Assembly (NCBI GenBank): GCA_040357565.1
Contig: JBDODJ010000019.1
Length of the DNA: 64,000 bases
DNA from: Cercozoa sp. M6MM
Lineage: Eukaryota > Protista > Endomyxa: Ascetosporea
Direction: 5' to 3' (one strand)
This document shows, piece after piece, positions 54,098 through 64,000 of the stretch (positions are counted from its first letter, which is position 1; every line of letters begins with the position of its first letter). Under the pieces are notes generated by a model. The model was not told the DNA's origin. It saw nothing but the letters and a program-made list of their open reading frames with translations, and searched no databases. A program made the position numbers and the translations under genes.

Positions 54098-56101
54098 ATG
54101 GCGTTTCTCGTCTTGCGGCAAGTGCTTGAAGGTCAAGAAGCCGCACTCGGCCGTTTACGCACCGAACTTAGCATGTACAAATCATGCCAACATAGCCCTA
54201 AAAGATGGTAAGAACCGATGACAGGCTCCTTTGTGCAGGCACGGTTTTTGTGTGGTGCAACTTCCGGACGAGTTGGCAGCTGATGCGTTGAAAGTGAAGG
54301 ATGCGCTCAAGCTGGCGATTTCGAGGGAGTCTCGGATCGAAAACGGCGTGCAAGTGCTCCACTCGAATGTTCGCGATGGTTTCTCTGTCGGCACTTGCGA
54401 TCGATTGTAAACTTCAATGTTTTGGTTTCTTTCAAACATAACCTTTGGTGTGATGTGAGAAAGGTTATGTTTGAAAGGTTGTTTTCAGACCAGCGACGGC
54501 GCGCTGGCCTGCGTCACTTCGTTCTGTCGCTCCTAGTCTCGCCTTGAAACTTGACAAGGTAGAGTAAACTGAAAGCTTAAAGTGCGTGAGTTTAAATTGA
54601 CTGTGATGTTTAAATTGACTGTGATCTGCAGATTGTTCCGCAACTGGTGCACTCGCTCGGTGAGGAGTTCTTCTTTGGCGCGCCTGTAAAGGAAGCGACG
54701 ACAACGATGCGCCGAGGCATGCTTGCGCCAACACGCAACGTGAACTCATTCGCTCTGAACAAGAAGCAAGTTGACATTCCGATGATGTCGTCTCACGAAG
54801 CAAAGGATCGTTTCGGTCTGTTCGACGCCGTGTGCTACAAGTCGGGCTTTCACATTCACGATGATCCTTCGCTGGTCCGTTTGTTCCGTTTCTGTTCACA
54901 CTGTAGAGATATATTATTTATGTATTTTATAAGATGTTGTGCTTTATACTTTGGTATTTGTATATACGGTTTGACAGATAATGACGCAACACGCCGACCC
55001 GGGTCTGCTGTCGCTGAGCTTGTGTCAGTCGTCGCCCGGACTGCAGTTCTTGCGCCAGGACGGCGAGTTTCGAGACGCTCCGTTAGAAGCCAATCTCGGA
55101 GTTGTCGTACAGCACTCTGCTTTTCCACTGTCACATCGTGTCAAATGCCTCTGACCGCTCAGTGGCTCGGTCAAGCAGCAGTACGCGCCTCGGAAGGTCG
55201 TCTGTATGTCCACTTTTATCTTTTTGGTTTATTTTATTCTTCCGCGCGCAGGCCGCCTGGCATGCATCGAGTCTACAACTACGACACCGAGGAGAGACGA
55301 ATCGCGATCTGGTATGAACTGTGTGAGCGCGGCCAGGGCGAAAACCTCGAGACTGCTGCTTCCGCGCGGAAGCTTGGTGATCCTCTGATGCTCCGGGATG
55401 TCAACACTTCGCTCAAGTCACTGGGTATCACGGAGGGCTTCGTTCTGCAGCTCGATGATTCCGTGCGACCTCCAAAAAACACGTCGACTGTAGTGGAAGA
55501 GTACACGAATTTTGGCTTTCAGTTTCTGTTTCTGTTTCAGTTTTGGTTTCAGTTTTTGTGTTGTTAACATTTGTGTTGTGCAGTTTTTCTTCCTTTGACG
55601 AATTCGTACTTGGCGCCAATCAGTTCGAGCGTGAGGTACTCGTGTTCTTTGGTCTTTGGCACGCTTAGTTCCTCCCAGTTAGTTTGACCTGTATTGATTG
55701 TAGGATGAAAAGGAATTCTCTCTCACGATTTGCGTGCCGGGCAAGGCTCCGTTGAAGCTGGTGCATTGTTTAGTTTAAACGTAACGTTCTCGACGCACTT
55801 GTGTGCACAGGAAGGAGTCAAAGCCTGCGACTCTGTTGGCACTGTGTTTGAGCGGATTCGCTCTCACTTTGGCCTGCCTCCAGGCAAGATGCGCTTCTCG
55901 TACGCACGCCGCTTGTTGCACTCTGGCGTCTGGTATGCGCAACGCCAAGCCTCGGCCGACAGTGCCTCGTAAGTAAACCTACCTGAGCTGTGGTTCAGCC
56001 TAGCTCAGTTGTGGTTTAGGGAACAGCACGTCCAAGCAGCGGCAGTGCCAAAAAGCAACAACAGCTTTGAAGGGCTTGGCACTTTCGGTCTCATGCCATA
56101 G
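54098..56101 (+). CDS. 2-oxoglutarate/Fe(II) oxygenase (IPNS-like) with a C-terminal ubiquitin-like segment
   Basis: HGFCVV; spliced QHADPGLLSL..SSPGLQF (HxD); WLGQ; GMHRV (distal His); RIAIWY. Tail DSVGTVFERIRSHFGLPPGKMRFSYARRLL. Confidence 0.75.
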
Positions 56102-56259
56102 GCTTTACTGTTCGTCCAGGACTGCAATTGTTGTCGCACCATACACCATTACAGTCAGTATTCATCCGGCTCAAGGAACGACGAGAATTGCAAGATTTGC
56201 AGTTGAACCAAACACACATATTAATGTTGTTTGAGTGTGATTGATAACGTGCTCAAATA

Positions 56260-57087
56260 ATGCTGTTGACTCTCCATCCGTCTGCCTTGCTGGACGCGGT
56301 TGTGCGGTTCTGCAAGTTGGTGCTTTTCGTTTGGATCCAAGCCCGCGTGGGTGTTTTCTTGTTCACTGCGCGTGTGCATAGGCGTTATTTGTGGCATTGA
56401 CGCCGTACTGGCTCGTACTGCTGCTTCCCGTGACAAAGGCCGTGCTGAAGCAGGATGTCGGCACTTTGTGGCGCCATGTCGAGCAAAAGCGTATAATTTT
56501 GTTCTCGCATATTAGTTGGCGGTGTTGTAAAACACGAGTGAACAAGTAGCACTCGGCAAGTGGCTGTTCTCGATGGTGTTCTCGAGTGTGACGCCATTCA
56601 ATGGCATTCTGGACGCGTCGGTTCGCGAGTTGTCGGCGCAGCGGTGCGTGGTCGCTGTGAAGACCACAGGCTGTCTGTTCAATCCGTTCGGCTCGCTGCA
56701 TCTCGGCGCGCAATGTGCCCTGGCCGAGCTGCCTACGTAGCCTTTGTTTGCACACCGATGCTTTGCTCCACACAAGCGACATTAGGATGTGTCACATGCA
56801 GAGGACTCATGGTGTTCATGCAAGCCGCCGGCACTGAAGGCGGCGTGAAGGCCTTCTCGTTCGCGCCGACGAAGGTGGAGTCCGAGTACTCGCGCATGGC
56901 ACGCGGCACCGTGCTGGCCGAGTGCTCGCTGGATCACTCTGCTAGTGGTCTCTTTGACGACGTTGGAGAAGCGCCCGTCGAGCACACGTTCACAGTGACT
57001 CTGCGCGATGAGCAGCTCGGCCTCATCGTGTCGACACACAGCGTCACCTGGCGTCTGCGTCGCCGCGTCCTCAAAAAGAACGAGTAA
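56260..57087 (+). CDS. Hotdog-fold (PaaI/DUF4442-like) thioesterase with hydrophobic N-terminus
   Basis: PLGKWLFS..TPF..; NPFGSLHLGAQCALAE (PaaI motif); EYSRMARG. Confidence 0.75.
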
Positions 57088-57330
57088 ACACGATGTTTTA
57101 CCGCGGACAGCTTTCTGCGCTACGTGCTGCTGCCAGATGTAACTGTGAGATTTAAGAAAACTGAATTCCGAATCGACCAGAAATGAAAGCGAGGCGCAAA
57201 CTGAAGAACAACTTGAAGAATCGAAACGGCCAGAGTCATCGGGCCTGTGAGCACGTGGCTCTAGTGAGGCAAACTGAACTTCTCGCGTCGCGTCAATCCG
57301 CCAAAAGATCGCCATGCAAGAGGACGCAAG

Positions 57331-58235
57331 TTAGATCGCGTTCTTCTTGCACTGACGCACCATGAGGCCCATGGCAGCCACACCGACAATGCCGATGATC
57401 ACAGCGACGGCAATGGCCCAGCCCGGCACCTCGCAGGCCTGAACACACCACATGTGTTCCCCATATGACCCATTCAGCAAAAAACGGCAACAATTACCTC
57501 GGACTCGCCGACACCGCCAGCAGCTCGCAATGACTCGTCGTACTGCTCGCGCGCCTTGTCCGCGGCGTCCTGACCACCGCATGAACACATTTTCGACAAA
57601 CACGAATCCCAACAACAAGGAAGAAAAGTGGGTGCTACCTCACAGAAAGTAATAACCGGCCACTTGACTTCCAACGTGAGGGTTTGGTTGCCCTCGAACT
57701 TCATCCTGCAACAGAATAAACATATATTCCTCAGTGCGCCCGCGCGGATTCAGAAAGGTAACGAACGTGGTCTCGGTGCAGAAGTTGCTGATGCCACTAG
57801 GAACGTGCTTGGTCAACTTGTGGTAGCAGTCGCAGTCCTGTGACTTCTGCTCTGACTGCAGACGCGCCTGTGGGAAACGGAGTGTGACAGAGTCTATTTC
57901 ATGTGCGTTGTGTTGTATTTAAGCTTACCAAGCACTCGCTTTGGCACGTGGTGACCTTCTCAACGCGTTCCGTGTAGTCATCGAACTTACTGAGCGAGCG
58001 TTCGCAGTCCTTGAGCGCTTTGTCGCAGTTGTCCTTGCATTTCGATGACTCTGTGAAACAAAAAGTTCGGCACGCCAAAAAAAAAGACGCGTTGTTATAG
58101 TTATTTTTATTGGTCTCCACCCTGCGTGCTACACATCTGCTTGATGGACTCGCAAGACTCAAGGGCCCACACTGGCGCCAACATGGCGATCAGCAGCACG
58201 GCCAGGCAAGCGAGGCGTCTCACGTAACTCGGCAT
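57331..58235 (-). CDS. Small Cys-rich type-I membrane protein
   Basis: Signal peptide MPSYVRRLACLAVLLIAMLAPVWA; many Cys residues; TM WAIAVAVIIGIVGVAAMGLMV; short tail. Confidence 0.65.
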
Positions 58236-58938
58236 CTCGTAGAGCACCACTGGAGACAGCCTTGTACTCTGCGAACACCTATACACACGCCCTACGTTAC
58301 TGAATGTGCGGTTCGCCTTCTTGCACAAGACGACTTGACATGATCAAGATCCTTGGGACTGGCCAACGACTCTCTTTTTCGATGCAACCAGGCCGAACAG
58401 ATCTTTTGAACGTAGTTTTTCACGCGTCCGCAAATGAATCTTATAGCTAGCTTGAAATACTGAACCCTGGTTTTGGGAGAATGATAATTTTTGTCTCGTC
58501 CTGGAAGGCTACTCGTCAGTCTTGTACTGTCCGAATGGTCCGCTTAAAGCAACGCTAGTAGTATCCCGCCCTTTGTTTCCTGCGTGCTGTCTGAATCCCG
58601 GAAGCGTCGCCGAAGTTTAGGCTGCTAACAGGTAGGGAGACAGCGTATTGGTGCTCGAAAGAGTCTCTTTTTCCAGGCGGCTTTCAGCCCCAGAACAGGG
58701 CGGAGCGATCTTTTGAGGGCTTTTTATCCTCTGCTGTTTCTTAGACGCTGCGTCACTTTCGTACACGACTATAAAAGCTAGTGACTCGCCGATCAGAGTG
58801 CGTTCTTGTTGATCTGCGGCGTTTGTGGTCGTTTGATTCCCCCTCACTCCCTTTGTGCGTGTGTTTGCTTAGTAAAACCACTTTTTTGCGATTCGTTGAA
58901 CTGACGCGCACCGTGGAGCACCCCAAAACACTTGGCAG

Positions 58939-60383
58939 ATGGCGTTCATCTTCGGCCGCGGTAGGAGCTCGCCGCAGCAGCTCGTTCGCTCGACGCACAA
59001 CTCGATCCTGCTTCTGCAGGAGCGACGGGATGAGCGCAGCATCAAGCGAGGTACCGCTGTGCTCTTGCTGTACTGCACGTGTTTAAACTGGTGCGTCTCT
59101 GTTTTGCTTGTCGCAACAGCGAGCGAGAAGATCGCGCAGTCGCTCACGGCGATGAAACTGATGCTGTACGGCGACGGCGAGACGGCGCCGCGACAAGACC
59201 AGATCGAAAAACTCAGCGAGGAACTGTTCGAGAGCAACTTGCTCGAAGTGGTACAACCCAGGAAAACACGAAACACCCCCTCACATCCCCAACACCAATC
59301 AACAACCCTGCGCAGCTTTTGAACAATTTCGTGCACTTTGACTTCGAAAGCAAGAAAGAAGTGGCGTTTATTTTCACATATTTACTGCGCCACGCGGAAG
59401 GACAGCAACGACACGCTGTTGAGTACGTGTTGACACACCCGCAGATTCTTGACAAGCTAGTGGTGCGTCCGCCTTGTTTCCTCAACAGTGTTTGCTTTTT
59501 GAGTGCGACTTTGTGGTGACTTTTAGGATGGCTACGAGGATCCTCTGATCGCTGCGAATTGCGGCTCGATTTTGCGTGAGTGTATCCGGTACAGTTCCCG
59601 TGTTGTATGAGGACCGGATTGAGTCGCCTGGAGTGTGAAGCATATGCGCATGTAGGCACCCGGAGCTGTGCGAGCAATTGCTGAACTCGCCGAACTTTGC
59701 GCGTTTCTTCACGTTCGTGCAGAAGCCGAACTTTGACGTGGCGAGTGACGCGTTCAACACGTTCAAAATGCTGCTGACGAAACACACGGCATTAGCTAGT
59801 CGTTTCTTGGTACAGCTGAGAGTATTCTTGTGAGTTATTCTTGTGAGTTATTCTTGTGGACTGATAACTGTACTCACTCCCTGCGCAGGAGCAGAACTAC
59901 CAGACAGTGATTCCAAAGTACAACGAGCTCATCCAGAGCAAGAACTACGTCACGAAGCGTCAGTCGCTCAAGCTACTCGGCGAGATTCTGCTGGATCGCA
60001 GCAATTTCAACGTGCTCATCATGTACATCAACGACCCGGCCAACCTCAAGATCATGATGATCTTGCTACGCGACAAGTCGCGTATCCAGGTCGAGGCCTT
60101 TCACGTGTTCAAGGTCTTCATCGCCAATCCAAAGAAGAGTCGCGCCGTGCAGGCCATTCTGTGGCGCAACAAGGACCGTCTGATCGACTTTCTCGCGCGC
60201 TTCCGGGAAGGCGACGAGGACGAGCAGTTCGTCGAGGAGAAGCAGATCCTTCTGTCGACGCTCGAGAAGATGGGCCCGCCGCCACCCGAGGAGGAAGAGG
60301 AGGTGCACTGTACCTTCTCCTTCAATCTGCCTCTTGTGTCTCCTGCGGTATGCTTACATTACATCTGTATCCTGCAGGAGTAA
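58939..60383 (+). CDS. CAB39: MO25 / calcium-binding protein 39
   Basis: MKLMLYG, DFESKKEVAFIF, CGSILRECIRH, NFDVASDAFNTFK, SKNYVTKRQSLKLLGEILLDRSN, IQVEAFHVFKVFIANP. Confidence 0.97.
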
Positions 60384-60517
60384 ACTTGGCGTCACTTTTT
60401 GTCCCGACTTTCCCGCCGGTGGACTCGCCCGTCGATTTCCCGTCCTCCGTAACTGTCACACTTTTCGTTGGAACCAACCGTAAATTTGCTCCGAGTTGAA
60501 TTCGATCTCGCGGCGCT

Positions 60518-60632
60518 TAGTTGAGTCTTCTAGGAAACCAACTATGTAGTTTCCACCAGTCCGGGGTCGCGGGAGCATGGCCGTGTCTACCATCCGCTTT
60601 TAGGGTAGGACCATACAGTTCCCTTTTGACGT
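60518..60632 (-). repeat. Dispersed ~100-nt repeat with terminal hairpin, copy B
   Basis: Reverse complement aligns with 23234-23334. Confidence 0.85.
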
Positions 60633-60837
60633 TCCCCAGACACCACGACGCCAGGTTGGTGCAGATCTGGTGACGTGTAATTTCGCTTTCTTGCATTCTG
60701 TACATGTACCTACCGCACAGTAGATGTACCGTACGCGGCACGCGGCATGTACATCGAGTGCTGAACGGTACGGGCTTAGTTTTAGTCCTAGGCTATGCGT
60801 CGGCAAGTCTGACCAGCGCAGCCGAACAGAGTGGTGA

Positions 60838-62524
60838 TCAAGAAAAAATGAAGTCCGCGAGCGACGAATCCTTGTCGGCGTTGACGCGCATTTGTGCAAG
60901 TCGGTGCTCCAGCACTTCATCCTCCCTGCAAGAAGGTGCAGAAAATTAATGCAAGATTCACACAAAGCAACGCGGGTTGTTTTGATACAGGCCATGACGG
61001 TAGAAGCATGAGGTGCCGAACGGACATTCGCCAGTTTCCGCATAGTGGCGGCACGGAATGCGACCCAGCGCAGCTTTGTACTCGTCAACCACGCGTTCCT
61101 TCTCCGCATCAGTGACAAAACGAGTCGAAGGAACGACGAAATGCGACGGTTCACGACACAACGGGCAACCCTGATGCAACAACAACGCATTTGGCTTTTC
61201 TAAAATGATCCGATCCAATCAACGGCGAGACTTACCAGGTGTACTTCTTCAGCAGCGCTGCGAGCTCGTTTCGAGCGCCATCTTCTCTGCGGACATCACT
61301 CAACACTATAAACAAAACCACCACGGAGAATACTCAAACATGAATTACGATGCAAGCGAGACAGAAGATGTGGTCACAGTTCAGCAAGAGTCCGTAGCGA
61401 GTCGTCACGTCGTCCAAACAAATGCCTGGAATCGCAAGTGACCAATAAAACTAAATCTATAACAACGTTGGAGAGGAGAAAAGAAGTGAACCGCATTCAT
61501 GGATAACCGGTTGTGACAAAGATCGCCGATTCGCAACTTCACACTCGCGCTTGTGCCTCCTGTGTTCTTCAGCCTGTTTGTGCAAAGGAAATGCTTGCTT
61601 TCAATTTGTATATTTTGCAATTTTAGATTTAAAATACAGCATTTGGAAGTTCCTGTCCGCAAAATGTGCACTCCAGGTCGGGAAACACGTGCGCATGGCG
61701 GCAACGCGAGCCAAAACGGCATTCTGTAGTCAGAAAGAAGGGGCACTGGCCACGTCGCAACTCACTCTGCACCGATGCTGCGCAAACGAACTCATCCGCG
61801 CGGACAACCCAAATGCGGAAAAGAAAAGAAAATAAATACGTCTCGTGGAACGGGAATCCGCAAACAGATCGGCCGCTCGTTCAGTGGGTCTGTTTTCAAG
61901 TGCTTGATACAAATGTTGATGCTAACCAGACACGCTATCGCTACCGATTGATTCGAAGTTTTGCCAATCTCCTTGTCTCGTCGTCAATATCGATTCCAGT
62001 GTCGGTGGCACTTTGCGTGCCAGGTGCACCCAGAAACATGGTCTGCATCTGCATCAAGGCACACGTGCAGACTTAAGTGGCTCGTTACATTCACGAAAGC
62101 ACAAGCGTTGTACCGCCCTTCCGTCTGAGCGCATGGTTTGCACGACAGAAATCTGTGAACTCGAGCCGTCCGACGATGGCAGAGTAACGCGGTGCTGCCT
62201 GCGTCACCACTGACTATGCAGACTTGGGACAGCACACGGACAAAGCCAAAAGGTACACTTCGGGCGCGTATTTGAACTTGCGGCGACTCTTCCGGCCCAT
62301 ACCATCACTGCGTTCTTCTTTCTTCTCCTGTCGTTTGGCATGGTAAAAGAAGCAATCCCGACCTCGCGCACAGTAGCCTGCTCGCCAGTGTCTGGGAGCA
62401 ACAAAGATTGTCTTAAACTTAGATGAAGAAAAGACAAAACGACGTACTTGCAAGGGATCGTAGATTCTTTCTTCTTCTGTTTTCTTTGTGTCGCTTGTCG
62501 AAACGTTGGCTGATACGGTGGCAT
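60838..62524 (-). CDS. MKRN: Makorin-family E3 ligase (CCCH zinc fingers + RING + CCCH)
   Basis: CKHWRAGYCARGRDCFFYH; RING CGIC..RYGLLLNCDHIFCLACI..CPLCR; FVVPS; YKAALGRIPCRHY..CPFGTSCFYRH. Confidence 0.9.
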
Positions 62525-63266
62525 CTTCAAAGTCCTTGAAGTAGTAACACACTTGCGAACACCCTGACACCGGACGACGGTGCGCAAACCGGTGAGTAAT
62601 TAGTTTTAATACTTATCATGAGCGCCGGGAAGGATACAATGGTCGCCAAACAGAAATTCACAAAACGGCGACCTTGGCATCATTGTTTAGATGCAACGAA
62701 ATGCTTGAAATACTCGCAGTATTATTTAAGTTTGGTGGCTGTTCTGAGAACTGCTATGAGCGAAGCGGACTGTCAATGAGTGACTCGGGTCTCGCACGCG
62801 AAATAATTAGAGATTCATTCCTTGGCATGCTCAGGGTGGGCTGCGTGCTAAGTGAACATCTGTGCGGTTGTTTAGTTCTTGTGTTTCGCTAATCTAGGAA
62901 GATTGGTGTTGAGAGAATAATTGTTGATCACCTCGTTTAGGGATATCCATGGGGGTTTCGGGTGGTAAGGGGGCTTCAAACCACCTCTGGCTACAAGCAT
63001 GTCAGTTGGCTTTCCTGGCCCATTTTAGTCCTGATCGTGGGAGAAACGCTTCAAAAAATGCCCCAAGATTCGACACTGTTTTGGATTTGTCCTGAAAGCC
63101 ATGACACGTTCACAACTAATGCAAGATTGAGCTGCGATTCGACGTGCCCCTACTCACTCGCCAGTACCTTCACCTTGCAGTTTTGTCTTGAGTTGGTTTG
63201 TTTTAACTGGTTTGTGTGTCAAATGCCACCCAAAACGATGCGGTTCTACCGATTTCAGTACACAGT

Positions 63267-63640
63267 TGTTACTGCGGCTCAATGGCCCAATCAGTAAGGG
63301 AAAGGAGAGACTAAATAAATAATTCAGTTAGATAAGTCGTCACTCAGTTGAGTCAACGTTAGAACTGAAGGTGAAATACCCCTACTGGGTCTCGAAATGA
63401 TCCCACTGGATCTCGACCGAAGGAAGACGTCCTTGGTCGTAACAATGCGTTTAAGAAAGAAAAACTCCGCCAGGCTGAAGCCGTGACGGAGCTTTCTGCT
63501 TCTCTGCAAGGACTCTGTCCACGCAAGATCAAGCCAAAACACTCTTAAACTTCTCTCCAGTCTCAAACTTGTTTGAGACATAGATAATGACCTCCGCGCG
63601 GACGGGTCAGAGCAATGACTACTGAAGATGTGCAGTATCA
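63267..63640. mobile_element. Solo-LTR-like element (TG...CA termini, 4-bp TSD CAGT), copy 2
   Basis: Begins TGTTACTGC, ends GCAGTATCA. CAGT at 63263-63266 and 63641-63644. Aligns end-to-end with 27035-27439. Confidence 0.85.
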
Positions 63641-63967
63641 CAGTACTCGCATGCTGCTTGACTTACTGTTCCAACAGTGAAACTTATTGTTGGTTAACAT
63701 CTTTATCAAAATCAGAATGGAAGTCTGTACTACGTAGGCAGTCTTGAATTCTTCTCTTCTCGTCGCCCATCGTCGCCGGCGCCAGCATTCAACACGTGCA
63801 CCCGGGCCTCGACTCCACCAGACGAGAAGCAAAAGTGAAAGGCTCAGTCCGCTTAATCCTATGAAGAGGGGAAGAGCTAGACTCTAATTCATGTCAGCGC
63901 ACAGTACAGCAGGACAGGCAGTACGCTCGTACTGGTCATGTGTATGAATAATAATTTCATGCTCTTA

Positions 63968-64000
63968 TGACCCACCCCAGACTGGTGCAGGGGAACTACA
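63968..64000 (+). repeat. Dispersed repeat, copy C (5'-shorter, cut by the window end)
   Basis: TGACCCACCCCAGACTGGTGCAGGGGAACTACA matches 23275-23307 with one mismatch. Confidence 0.85.

Noticed and set aside
58455-58520. snRNA or spliced-leader RNA suggested by an Sm-like AATTTTTG
   Set aside because: No U1/U2/U4/U5 conserved sequence or repeated leader accompanies it.
63324-63641. 105-aa ORF on the minus strand
   Set aside because: It lies wholly within the solo-LTR-like element, and the other copy has indels. Probably non-coding.
63222-63750. Small gene (MPPKTMRFYRF...) interrupted by the solo LTR in its intron
   Set aside because: The reconstructed product is only ~34 aa with no recognisable motif, which is insufficient support.

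Overview
This is eukaryotic (protist-like) nuclear DNA: gene-dense and extremely intron-rich, with mostly ~45-90 nt GT-AG introns, many inflated by micro/minisatellites. There are two 100-N assembly gaps. The six-frame ORF track shows mostly exon fragments, so gene models were stitched by eye and internal boundaries are approximate. Recognisable genes: an intron-containing IS630/Tc1-type DDE transposase (5'-truncated by the window edge), a secreted alpha/beta-hydrolase, saccharopine reductase (Lys9) fused in frame to saccharopine dehydrogenase (Lys1), a large secreted Pro/Thr-rich surface protein built by exon duplication, CDC45, a tandem-FYVE+PH protein, an EF-hand-like protein, an LRR membrane protein, two ankyrin-repeat proteins, RPC4/POLR3D, a membrane-anchored atypical kinase, a 2OG-Fe(II) oxygenase with a ubiquitin-like tail, a hotdog-fold thioesterase, MO25/CAB39 and a makorin. 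Mobile DNA includes two TG...CA solo-LTR-like copies with 4-bp target-site duplications (TSDs) and a ~100-nt hairpin-ended dispersed repeat in three copies. The best novelty candidates are the 33-exon Lys9-Lys1 fusion (reverse domain order to animal/plant LKR-SDH) and the unusual intron architecture: ~13 introns per coding kb, donors reduced to GTA, and intron-confined tandem duplications.
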